Assembly: GCA_002269645.1 (NCBI GenBank)
Contig: NIVC01000006.1
Coordinates: forward strand, 186,001-250,000
Origin: Macrostomum lignano
Lineage: Eukaryota
Direction: 5' to 3'
Length of the DNA: 64,000 bases
In this document: in pieces, positions 22,404 through 33,756 of the stretch
How positions within the stretch are numbered: position 1 is the first letter of the stretch
Layout of the letters: each line of letters begins with the position of its first letter
Position numbers and translations under genes: made by a program
The notes under the pieces: generated by a model
Database searches by the model: none
What the model was told of the DNA's origin: nothing
The model's input: the letters and a program-made list of their open reading frames with translations, nothing else

Positions 22404-25400
22404 ATGCAGCTGCAGACGCTTCTCGTCGCAGCAAAGTAAGATCGCTTTTCTTTTAATAGCCAGCTAGAGAAGCAAGAAAGAAGGGCCGAGTGAGAGGACC
22501 GAGCTGTCATTGCCGTACTTTCACGTGCAAGTACGTAAGTGTGCGAATTACTTGGTTTGTGCATCGAAGTAATTGTGCACCTCGGCTCTAGATAGAGAGC
22601 ATACAGATCGAGTGGCTGTTCATTGCTATGCTTAGTTCTTTCTCTTTTACTAGTTTCTCTTACTAAATGAGATGCAATTTAGCAAAGCACGTTGTTAAAT
22701 TTTCTTCCCGCGAGCGCGCATCACAAAACTTTTTCTGGCCTAATACATGTAGAATTCGGTCTGCTGGATTGTTGATCAGCCACACCGTTTTGCCAATTGA
22801 TCAATCAAATTGATATCCATATACTAAAAATGTGATGTCTATATATATATATTAATGCTAAGTGTTGCTCTTCAAACTTTTAAACTGTGTTTCCAGCAGC
22901 TCAGACTGAATCTATGTAGGCACGGTAAACCTGAATGGAATTACATGCAAAGATTTTATTTTTAGAGATAGCTAGAAATATATACCGCACACATGTATAT
23001 TTTTTAAAGTACATGTAATTTTGAAAGAATTCAAAAAGTACTGCCTGTCATGCAGTAACACTACTGTTTATTATATTAGTTAAACGAATTAATAATAATA
23101 TAAACCTACGAATGTACAAGTACATGCACAAGCACATACATCTCGGGATCATGTCACGATTGAAACGAGGCAGATTCTCACCATGTAAAAATTCTGATCA
23201 ATCAGCAACCTTTTAGCTAAGCTCTGTCTCTGTCTTAGCTATAGTTCACGAGAGCAGTCTTCCGTTGCGACTAGAGCGCCTTGTACATTAATGTTACAAC
23301 CATTTACCGCACAGTAGCTGGATAATCAGACAGAAAAAGAACTTTTTGGTTCTACCCCTACAGGTTACGTATAAATTTTTCATTTTTAGACTGCTTGCAA
23401 AAATGTAACCAATAACCCATTTTTATATTGCGGCGGTTTCAGAAAAAAGCAGATATTTTATAGATGTACGCGACAGGATTGGCCCTAATTCAATTTACAC
23501 CGTTTCTTAGAATACACGCTACGCTGATGTTTTTCATTTCCGCGCAGTCTACAGAGTCTACAGTGAGTCTCGGCCGGCCTCGCTAACTATTTACCACCAT
23601 TTCTTCCAGGACGGGGTTTATTTGCACCTCAAATTTGAAACACACCCTGGAGGGTGGATAGTCTTGCGGGGAAAGGGCTGGTCCTGCACTCACTGACTCA
23701 CGCCCAATAGTACTACATCGTACATGTTGAACACGTACGTGCAAGCCAGAAAGCTAGCCACGTTTTTATTTTTTAGCTTTGTTCTAGCCTTGTTTACTTA
23801 GGCCTATACCCATTTCGGTTAGGCTAGCATCGCTAGGCCTACCTTAGATCCCGAGTCTGAGTCCTAGATCTTTTTTTGCTGAATAATAAAATTGATATAT
23901 TTTCCTTTAATTTATTTAATTAATAAGCCTAGCTCAAAGAATTTTGATGTCATAGCTATGATATATTTCGAACTATCCTGGGGTTGGCCAGATCTGCCAG
24001 TTGGTGAAAGACAGTGGAGTAGGCCTAGCCAGGAATTTCAATTGGGGGTGGGGGGCAGGTTGGCCAAGCACTCATTTTAGCACCACATGCATTCATGTTG
24101 GCGCTGCATGCACTCATTTTAGCACCACAGGCATTCATTTTGGCGCTGCAGGCACTCATTTTAGCACTACAGGCATTCATTTTGGCGCTGTAGGCACTCA
24201 TTTTAGTGCCCTAGGCACTCAATTGCCTCATGGTTTTTGGGGAATTGGCAATTGGGGAGGGGGGAGCTGTGGCCCTCCAGCCCCGTGGCTATGCCACTAG
24301 TGAAAGAAAAAAGGAAATATAGGCTTATATCTTATCTATCATAGTTAATATTGACTTTTTTGATAATATAAAAATGTCTTGCTAGTTCATTTTTATATAG
24401 GCCTAACCTTTTGTTAGATAACAAATCAATCTTTAATATTCAAATATTTTATAAACTGATAGAACTAGGCCTATAACTATTGTCTTCTAAATATACTAAA
24501 TCTCTAATATAATATACTAAATTTATAACTATAGTATTTATAAATTTATACTAAAAAACAAAACTATACGTAGCTTGCATATTTACAAGTGCATATTAAA
24601 AAATAAGTAGAAAGAATAAATAAAAAGTTTTTAGTAGAAAAATTTATCAACTAGGTATTTGGTACCAAAAAAGACAGGACTTTATTGATTGATCAGTATC
24701 TTTTATTTATAAATATAACTTACCCAACTTAAATTCAAACTTCTTGGCAACATTTTCCTATTTATTGCTTTGTGATCAAGCATGGCACACTGATGTGCCA
24801 CTGGTCTAGACAATTCTAACTATAGCAAGGGTTAGCAAACTTGAGCCCAGAAGCTAGATCTGGCCTGCAACACATTCAAATTTAGCCTGCAGCAGTCCCA
24901 CTATCTAACAATGTAAAAATGGCCTTTGAATCAATTTTGTATTGAAACAATTAAATTTTACAAGTAAAATTAGCTTTTGCCCCATTATTCTTGTAATTGT
25001 AGCATTGTAGGTTGTATTTTGTCTAATTATCTAAAACCCATCTCAATTTTTTTTCTGGCCCACTATCTCAGCCAGTCTTCTAATCCAACCTGCATTGAAA
25101 AAAATTTGCATACTCTTAAACTTGAATTTAAAGGTAGAAAAAGTATATGATCAATTAGTTGCACTCTTTATACAAATTATCATATTCTATTCTTACTATT
25201 ATTATATGTAATACCATGAACAAAGATACTAAAATAACTAGATAGGCCATTTAGGCATATAGTTTTCTACTTTCAGTTCATTAGCAAAGAAAAATACATA
25301 AGCAATTTTATAGAAAGGCAGCTAAGATGACTTTGATAAGTTTAGAAGCCCAAGCTTGCAGGCATAAACAACTTGCTAATTGGTTCAGGAATAATGTACA

Positions 25401-28400
25401 TTAGCCAGTCCACTGAAATGTTACATGGCAGCTTTAGGCTGGAATTCCGAGAAAGGCAATAAAAATTAAGGCAGAAGGGGTAGTGTGGAAAGGCACAGTT
25501 GGAGGGTTTAGGCGAAGGGGGGTTAAAGCCAATAAAAGGAGCCTTGTCTTTATAAAAATGCATTAAAATGCTTCAGTTTAACTTACTACTGAACTGAGAG
25601 TAGCTTACACGCAAATGTGCTGAGTGGCCCATCTATTTATTCCAGTATCTGTGCCATGAGAGTGGTCAAGGACCAATAGTACCAATGATGCCCCATGGCT
25701 ACAAAGAGGAAAAGGGAAAGGAAGTGAAAGAAGACAAACGAAGAGGATGGAAGGAGAGCAAGACACTGGAAAAGAGGAGCCTAAAAAACTGATCAAAATG
25801 GTCTTTGAGCTGAGACACCTTGCTCTTCAAAATGGATGGCTTGATGCCAGGAAAGAAGCACCGTTTCTGTTGCTATGGTGTGACTGCGGAGCAAAAGGAG
25901 GGAGGAGCTGCTTAAGTTCACTGGAGCCCTGACTCTGCGGATGTCTAAGCCAGTCCACCAACAGTTCTGCGAGTCCTGCAGGCTATATGCAACCTTGAAG
26001 GAGTGAGCAATGATCCTGACAGCAGCCTGACATTTTTGACTAGGAAATGCCATATAATATATATACTACTTTAACAAGCATATCTGGAGTAGTGTTAGTC
26101 TTACATTAAAAGTTTTTTTAAATTGAAGGTTAAGCCTCCAATTATCGAGTCAGGTACTAATAATGAAAGGCCTCCAATTATCAAGTCAGGTGCTAATAAT
26201 GAAAGGCCTCCAATTATCGAGTCAGGTACTAATAATGAAAGGCCTCCAATTATCAAGTCAGGTGCTAATAATGAAAGGCCTCCAATTATCAAGTCAGGTG
26301 CTAATAATGAAAGGCCTCCAATTATCAAGTCAGGTGCTAATAATGAAAGGCCTCCAATTATCGAGTCAGGTACTAATAATGAAAGGCCTCCAATTATCGA
26401 GTCAGGTACTAATAATGAAAGGCCTCCAATTATCAAGTCAGGTGCTAATAATGAAAGGCCTCCAATTATCAAGTCAGGTGCTAATAATGAAAGGCCTCCA
26501 ATTATCAAGTCAGGTGCTAATAATGAAAGGCCTCCAATTATCAAGTCAGGTGCTAATAATGAAAGGCCTCCAATTATCAAGTCAGGTGCTAATAATGAAA
26601 GGCCTCCAATTATCAAGTCAGGTGCTAATAATGAAAGGCCTCCAATTATCGAGTCAGGTACTAATAATGAAAGGCCTCCAATTATCAAGTCAGGTGCTAA
26701 TAATGAAAGGCCTCCAATTATCAAGTCAGGTGCTAATAATGAAAGGCCTCCAATTATCAAGTCAGGTGCTAATAATGAAAGGCCTCCAATTATCGAGTCA
26801 GGTACTAATAATGAAAGGCCTCCAATTATCAAGTCAGGTGCTAATAATGAAAGGCCTCCAATTATCACGTCACATGCTAATAAAAGGCCTCCAGTTATCA
26901 AGTCACGTGCTAATGAAGCCATCTGCCTGTAAAATCTGCAGCCACACCATTGGTGGAGCCGCCTATTGGGCCGGCTTAGCCAAGCCTACTTTTCACCTCG
27001 CAGCATCCCATTGGCTACAGCCTGTTTAGCGGGCTACATTGTCTATCAGCACTGCCCCCTGTCCCTCATGCGGGTTGATGGCGCCTCAATGCGACCGGTG
27101 CTGAATCCCGTCAGTTCGCCAGACTGCGGCGGTGCACCTTGGCGAGATTTCATTCTAGTGCGGCCTGTGCTCAATTATGAGGAGCTGCGAATTGATCAGC
27201 TGATTGTGTTCCTGTCTCCCAGGGATCCTAACTGTGTCCAGGTGACTATGCATGTTATTTTGTATTATAGCTTTATCCTCGGGTACCTAAACTGTGATCC
27301 TCGGGTACCTAAACTGTGATCCTCGGGTACCTAAACTGTGATCCTCGGGTACCTAAACTGTAATCATCGGGTACCTAAACTGTGATCCTCGGGTACCTAA
27401 ACTGTGATCCTCGGGTACCTAAACTGTGATCCTCGGGTACCTAAACTGTGATCCTCGGGTATCTAAACTGTGATCCTCGGGTACCTAAACTGTGATCCTC
27501 GGGTACCTAAACTGTGATCCTCGGGTACCTATACTGTGATCCTCGGGTACCTAAACTGTGATCGTCGGGTACCTAAACTGTGATCCTCGGGTACCTAAAC
27601 TGTGATCCTCGGGTACCTATACTGTGATCCTCGGGTACCTAAACTGTGATCGTCGGGTACCTAAACTGTGATCCTCGGGTACCTAAACTGTGATCCTCGG
27701 GTACCTAAACTGTATCCCCAGGTAACCCAACCTGTATCCCCAGGTAACTCAACCTGTATCCCCAGGTACCCAACCTGTATCCCCGGATATCCAAACTGTA
27801 TCCCCCAGGTATCCAACCTGTATCCCCAGGTACCTAAACTGTATCCCCAGGTAACCCAACCTGTATCCCCAGGTACCCAGCCTGTGTCCCCAGATATCCA
27901 AACTGTATCCCCAGGTACCCAAGCTGTAACCCCAGTTACCCAAGCTGTAACCCCACCCAAGCTGTATCCTAGCGGACACCCCATCAGATAAACGAGATTT
28001 ACCCCGGCAGGAGACCCCTGTAATCCCGGGCACCCAAACTGCTTAGTAGCCTCTTAATGCCTCACCCAGGTAAACCAACCAACTAATTCGATTTTTTCCT
28101 GGCCACACTCGCGCAGGTGAAGCGATTAACGGCCTTAAGCCACGATTTCGTAGAAACAAAGAATAGCGACAAATTCCCCAGCAGCTCCTTCGATGCCTGC
28201 AGCAGCGGCTTCGGTCTCGGCGGTGATGGCGGCTCTCGCCAGGTGATCGTGCGGCCGTGGCACCTGTGGTTGGAAGGCACACAGAAGGGCTCAGAGGACA
28301 GCCGAGTGTACGGCCCGGTGCACCAGGCCCTGGTGCTTGGCCGGGTTGTCGGCGTTCTTCGCCTGCCACCATCGGTCAGGTCGGTGCTGACTGCCGGCGC

Positions 28401-28554
28401 CCGGCCAAGGCTGCTGACTGTTGAAGCGGCTATTGAGGAGGCGGAAGATTCCACTGTGGCTGGCGGGCAGCAGCGGAAGCCTTCGGGAGCGCGCGGCACC
28501 GTGGCTGCAATGTCCGGTCCGAAACAAGGACTACTGGTTCGGGATAAAGACTAG
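22404..28554 (+). CDS. IMMP2L: Mitochondrial inner membrane peptidase subunit 2 (signal peptidase S26); exons 22404-22435 (inferred), 27004-27241, 28117-28554
   Basis: Catalytic Ser in RVDGASMRPVLNP; LSPRDPN..Q|VKRLTAL puts the catalytic Lys across a phase-0 intron; HLWLEG..SEDSRVYGPV. Acceptor CTCGCAG at 27003 is phase 2 and matches donor AA|GTAAG at 22435, giving MQLQTLLVAAN|IPLATACLAGY. Exons 2-3 are secure; exon 1 is inference. Confidence 0.85.
24012..24299. mobile_element. hAT-type MITE (288 bp) with internal 41-bp tandem repeats
   Basis: Termini CAGTGG...TAGCCAGG and GGCTATGCCACTA. An 8-bp TSD GTGAAAGA at 24004-24011 and 24300-24307 is typical of hAT. Three GCACTCATTTTAGCACCACAGGCATTCATTTTGGCGCTGCA-like units lie inside. 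Confidence 0.8.
24826..25117. mobile_element. Degenerate hAT/Charlie-like MITE remnant
   Basis: AGGGTTAGCAAACTT...GGCCTGCA at the left and TGGCCC...AAAAAATTTGCATACTCT at the right form an imperfect TIR. No TSD confirmed. Confidence 0.4.
26130..26915. repeat. 36-bp minisatellite (AAGGCCTCCAATTATCAAGTCAGGTGCTAATAATGA)n
   Basis: About 22 units in two variants, decaying toward the IMMP2L acceptor. Confidence 0.96.
27275..27990. repeat. 22-bp (CCTCGGGTACCTAAACTGTGAT)n grading into 21-bp (CCCCAGGTACCCAAACTGTAT)n, filling IMMP2L intron 2
   Basis: Read directly; the unit switches at about 27715. Confidence 0.94.
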
Positions 28555-28629
28555 GAAGATTAGCCAGGCCGGCAGCTGAAATACGAGTAGTTGAAATCCC
28601 CTTGCCTTGATTGTCGACTTTAATCTTCA

Positions 28630-29085
28630 TAAGAATCGCCCCTGAACTCCCCTTGAGTGAGAATCGCCCTCATCTCATTGCCTTCAACTCACTTTCAGAA
28701 TCGCCCTCAGTCCCCCTCCTAAGAATCGGCCTCAGCCTCCCTGTGAGAGTCGCCCTCAGCCCCATTGTGAGAATCGCCCTCAGCCTTCCTGTAAGAATCG
28801 CCCTCAGCCCCCCTGTGAGAATCGCCCTCAGCCTCCCTGTGAGAATCGCCCTCAACCCCCTGTGAGAATCGCCCTCAGCCTCCTGTAAAAATCGCCCTCA
28901 GCCTCCCTGTGAGAATCGCCCTCAGCCCCCCTGTGAGAATCGCCCTCAGCCTCCCTGTGAGAATCGCCCTCAGCCTCCCTGTGAGAATCGCCCTCAGCCC
29001 CCCTGTGAGAATCGCCCTCAGCCCCCCTGTGAGAATCGCCCTCAGCCTCCCTGTAAAAATCGCCCTCAGCCTCCTAATGAGAGTG
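28630..29085. repeat. 24-bp minisatellite (GAGAATCGCCCTCAGCCTCCCTGT)n
   Basis: About 18 units just downstream of the IMMP2L stop. Confidence 0.93.
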
Positions 29086-29489
29086 GCCTTCAATCGCCAT
29101 AAAACACCCTGAAAAGTTTACTTACCGCAAAAAAGAATACCGTTTGATTTTTGCCTTCCAAGAAAATTACGGAAGATTCTTAAAGTTATAGTTCTGCTTT
29201 GTTGCTACGCTGTGTTGAAGAGAGTTTGGTGACGAATATTGTTGCATTGAAAGCATTTTGTTATAATATTTATAATTTTATACGTTTCAAATATAAATGC
29301 GGATTGTTGTGCTAACCATACCGTTTTAGCCTGGCTGATTATTTTATAAAGCTTATTATAAAATGAAAATTTTCTAATTTCTTTGTTAATCTTAATTTTA
29401 TTACTTTGATTAAGGTTTTAAAGCCGACCCTATGTGAACTATAATCTGATTCTATTTGACGGACTATTGACTCTTTAAAGTTAGTATTT

Positions 29490-30188
29490 TTGGGAGAGTG
29501 AGATTTTGAAGCTTTTCTGTTTGGGAGAGTGAGATTTTGAAGCTAATCTCTTTTGGAGAGTGAGATTTTGAAGCTAATCTCTTTTGGAGAGTGAGATTTT
29601 GAAGCTAATCTCTTTTGGAGAGTGAGATTTTGAAGCTAATCTCTTTTGGAGAGTGAGATTTTGAAGCTAGTCTTTGGAGAGTGAGATTTTGAAGCTGGTC
29701 TCTTTGGAGAGTGAGATTTTGAAGCTGGTCTGTTTGGGAGAGTGAGATTTTGAAGCTGGTCTCTTTGGAGAGTGAGATTTTAAAGCTAGTCTCTTTGGAG
29801 AGTGAGATTTTGAAGCTAGTCTCTTTGGAGAGTGAGATTTTGAAGCTAGTCTCTTTGGAGAGTGAGATTTTGAACCCGGTTTGTTTGGAGAGAGATTTTG
29901 AAGCTGGTTTGTTTGGAGAGAGATTTTGAACCCGGTTTGTTTGGAGAGAGATTTTGAACCCGGTTTGTTTGGAGAGTGAGATTTTGAACCCGGTTTGTTT
30001 CGAGAGAGATTTTGAAGCTGGTTTGTTTGGAGAGAGATTTTGAACCCGGTTTGTTTGGAGAGAGATTTTGAAGCTGGTTTGTTTGGAGAGAGATTTTGAA
30101 CCCGGTTTGTTTGGAGAGTGAGATTTTGAACCTGGTTTGTTTCGAGAGAGATTTTGAAGCTGGTTTGTTTCGAGAGAGATTTTGAAGA
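29490..30188. repeat. 31-, 30- then 28-bp minisatellite (GGAGAGTGAGATTTTGAAGCTAATCTCTTTT-type)
   Basis: Unit length shortens left to right. Confidence 0.93.
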
Positions 30189-30382
30189 TAATATTTTTCG
30201 GAAACTTCGAATTTCGTTAGGACTTTGTGAAACTTTGAAATATTTTGTCTCATTTAAATTTAATTTGAACCCATTGGAACAGTTATACGAAGTAAAAATT
30301 TCAATGAAAAATTCTGCAGATAATGTTTCAAATTTAAATCGAGTTTGTGAACAAAGGAAGCTGCAAAATATCCATTCTTTAA

Positions 30383-30871
30383 ATTCTGGATCCGCCGGAA
30401 ATCCTTGACGGGCTGCTCAGCCATCTGCTGTCTCGATGCGGGTCATCATCAGCTTCCGCTCAGGCCTACCTGGACACTGCTCGAGCCTGCCTGACTTCGG
30501 TGACTTCCACCGAGGCTGGACGTCGAGTGAGTCGGCAGGCGGCCGTGATTGCCGCCGCCTCGGCTACCGCGGCCACGCCAGACGATGGAGTGAAGATTCT
30601 GTGGCGCTCCGTGCACTCCGAGGTGTCGCTGGACTGTCCTGCAGATGTGTACAGGCTGGCCCTGTTCTCACTGGCTCTGGCCGAGCTTACAAAGCGAATA
30701 CCTGAGGAGGCTGCCAGCCGGCTGATGAAGCACCTCAGCAGGCAGGTGTGCATCGGAGGTCGCGGCTGCGTGGACGCTCCTGAACTTTCAGCTGGAGGCG
30801 TTGAATCGGAATTGCTGAGCACTCGAGTGACGGAGTTCTTCGCCACGCCGTATCTGCACGATTTTGATTGA
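30383..30871 (+). CDS. Orphan GC-rich coding-like exon, product unknown
   Basis: Frame open from 30383 to TGA at 30871 (…KILWRSVHSEVSLDCPADVYRLALFSLALAEL…FFATPYLHDFD), GC-rich against AT-rich flanks. No in-frame ATG; possible acceptor CTGCTCAG at 30420. Confidence 0.45.
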   Translation: MLDPPEILDGLLSHLLSRCGSSSASAQAYLDTARACLTSVTSTEAGRRVSRQAAVIAAASATAATPDDGVKILWRSVHSEVSLDCPADVYRLALFSLALAELTKRIPEEAASRLMKHLSRQVCIGGRGCVDAPELSAGGVESELLSTRVTEFFATPYLHDFD

Positions 30872-31189
30872 TTTTTATGAAACAAAGTACTTTTAGTAGC
30901 CTTTTTTCACTCTGATTTTAGTGCTCAGCTGCATTTTCTATCAAGGATGCAGCTATTCTGTGACTGCTGGAAGATTTCAAATACGCTCGTATTTCCGTGT
31001 AATGTTAGCGATTTCTCATCGTGGTCGATGGTGCGACTTTGCAGAAACTCGAGTCTCACTCAGACTATTATAGAAACATTATAACAAGTAAGAGGATATC
31101 TAGAGACTATTATGTCAACTTAAGCTCATAAAAAGGAGTCCCTAATTATTCCCATACTTGTTCTCACCTATCTCTCTGGTTAACGCAAC

Positions 31190-31540
31190 CACTAATCTAG
31201 CCTACATCATGGATGCGGGAATAGAATGGATTGCTAATCTAGCCTACATCATGGATGCAGGAATAGAATGGATTGCTAATCTAGCCTACATCATGGATGC
31301 GGGAATAGAATGGATTGCTAATCTAGCCTACATCATGGATGCGGGAATAGAATGGATTGCTAATCTAGCCTACATCATGGATGCGGGAATAGAATTGATT
31401 GCTAATCTAGCCTACATCATGGATGCGGGAATAGAATGGATTGCTAATCTAGCCTACATCATGGATGCGGGAATAGAATGGATTGCTAATCTAGCCTACA
31501 TCATGGATGCGGGAATAGAATGGATTGCTAATCTAGCCTG
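31190..31540. repeat. 42-bp minisatellite (CTAATCTAGCCTACATCATGGATGCGGGAATAGAATGGATTG)n
   Basis: About 8 nearly identical units. Confidence 0.95.
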
Positions 31541-31559
31541 AGTTAACAGAAATCCTCCC

Positions 31560-31700
31560 CATTCCGCTGACTCCACAGCACACACAAGTGCAAACACCGT
31601 ACACAGACACGCACTCGCACAGTCGCTCACACAGGATGTACAGCGGCCCTTTGACATTATAATCGCCAGGCATGTACAGTCTCTTTGCCTTTGGGGTTGG
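31560..31700 (-). mobile_element. Old fragment related to SINE family 1
   Basis: CATTCCGCTGACTCC...CTCACACAGGATGTACAGCGGCCCT...GGCATGTACA aligns loosely with the 3' half of the 34627 copy. Confidence 0.55.
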
Positions 31701-32059
31701 TCCTCATGGGCTGTGAATTCGCAGTGCCAAAAGTTTAGACACGTTATTTATCTTCTGTGGCCATCTCTTATGCATAATTGGCCTGCTAAAGTTATAAATA
31801 CAAGTTTATGCAACCTGTTTTCATAGTTTTTGGTGACTGAATCTTATCTTTCAATTGAACTGGATAAGCACGTGATTGTGTTAGTGTTATTTTTTATATA
31901 CACTACATGTACTTTTAATGCAGATTTACTTAGTACAGTCTTAGTATACGAGCGTACGAGAAGAATTTGTGAAGATACAATTGAGCGGATAAAGAAGAAA
32001 GTAGGGTATCGTTAGAGTAGAGAGCGAGTTATATTCTAGGAGAGTGAGTAGACAAGGGG

Positions 32060-32615
32060 ATGAGTCTGGAGAGGTAGAATGGAGAGGTAGAGTGGGGAGA
32101 GGTAGAGTAGGGAGAGGTTGTAGTGGAGATAGGTAGAGTAGGGGGAGAGGTAGAATGAGAAAGAGGTAGAGTAGGGGGAGAGGTAGAATGAGAAAGAGGT
32201 AGAGTGGGGGGAGAGGTAGAGTGGGAGAGAGGAGAGCTGTAGAGGTAGATTGGGGAGAGGTAGAGTCGAGAGTGGGAGAGAGGAGAGCTGTAGAGGTAGA
32301 GTGGGGAGAGGTAGAGTCGAGAGTGGGAGAGAGGAGAGCTGTAGAGGTAGATTGGGGAGAGGTAGAGTCGAGAGTGGGAGAGAGGAGAGCTGTAGAGGTA
32401 GATTGGGGAGAGGTAGAGTCGAGAGTGGGAGAGAGGAGAGCTGTAGAGGTAGATTGGGGAGAGGTAGAGTCGAGAGTGGGAGAGAAGAGAGCTGTAGAGG
32501 TAGATTGGGGAGAGGTAGAGTCGAGAGTGGGAGAGAGGAGAGCTGTAGAGGTAGATTGGGGAGAGGTAGAGTCGAGAGTGGGAGAGAGGAGAGCTGTAGA
32601 GGTTGAGTGGGGAGA
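32060..32615. repeat. Purine-rich array: shorter degenerate units then 51-bp units (GAGAGGTAGAGTCGAGAGTGGGAGAGAGGAGAGCTGTAGAGGTAGATTGGG)
   Basis: A 17-aa periodicity in the ORF track gives a 51-bp unit. Confidence 0.92.
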
Positions 32616-33474
32616 CCTAGTAATTCGCTGATCCTTGAGCACGCACCCGGATGCGAGCGCAGGTCCGGAGTTCGAATTCGTTAATTGTGAAAGTGAATGG
32701 TTTATCAGCTACCCAGAAATGACATAATTTTCAACTGTACCATTTCGATTCTCAGTCACTTCATGATGCATTTCAGCCGGAAACTAAGAAAGTGACAGAT
32801 AGATATAATTATAGAACACAGGTAGCCCAAATTTAAACATTTTCGCATGCATCGCAGTGAAATAAAGTCTCGTTTAGTTTGGACTTGGAAAATAATTTTT
32901 TCTGGACCTCACTTCGATCGTCTACGCGCTCCGTGCAGGATAAAGTGGAACTTTGCAAGATGTGGATGGCATTTATGGCATGATTAGTTAATCAACATGT
33001 GCAATTTGCTGACCACAGGCTTTCCATCTGGCTCTGCTTTCGCACACACAGATACATGTTCGCTTCAAGCGCAACATATTCAGTCGTAAGTTAACTATAA
33101 ACACAAATTTGTCCTTATAGGTCAGGGCATGCAGCCGCCAGCTGCATGACATTCAGGACGTTTGAAAGCTGCACCTGCGTTTTGCCGCCAGTCATGCTAA
33201 TGGCCCGAAACTCGAGCCAACTGCTTGATAATTTAGTTACTAAGCTGGCTTTTCACGCTGGCTGGATCTCCTACTGCTGTGCCATTGTCATTGCGATCAG
33301 TGCACAGTGCGCCGCGGGTGCACCGGCTCAACATAGAAGCTACCAGAATTTCCATTGTGAGTGCTAATTTGCACTTTATGCTTTAGTACACATGTACTTT
33401 TTTGTCTTAACGGATAGATTCAGTCACTTGGTTAATCCAGACTCATACATATCATTTCAGTCCTCATACTCGTA

Positions 33475-33700
33475 GACTATCTCCATCCCCATAGATATCA
33501 CAGATCCCCATTGACTATCACAGATCCCCATAGACCATCACAGTTCCCCATAGACCATCACAGTCCCCATTGACTATCACAGATGCCCATAGACTATCAC
33601 AGTTCCCATAGACTATCACAGATCCTCATAGACTATCACAGTCTTCATAGCCTATCACCGATCCCCATAGACTATCACGGTTTTTCATATACTATCACAG
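33475..33700. repeat. Degenerate about 20-bp minisatellite (CCCCATAGACTATCACAGAT)n
   Basis: About 11 units ending at TCACAG. Confidence 0.88.
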
Positions 33701-33756
33701 AGCATGTAAAAGGCATTATTAACTCGAACTTTCATATGATCTCGCCCTACACCCAG

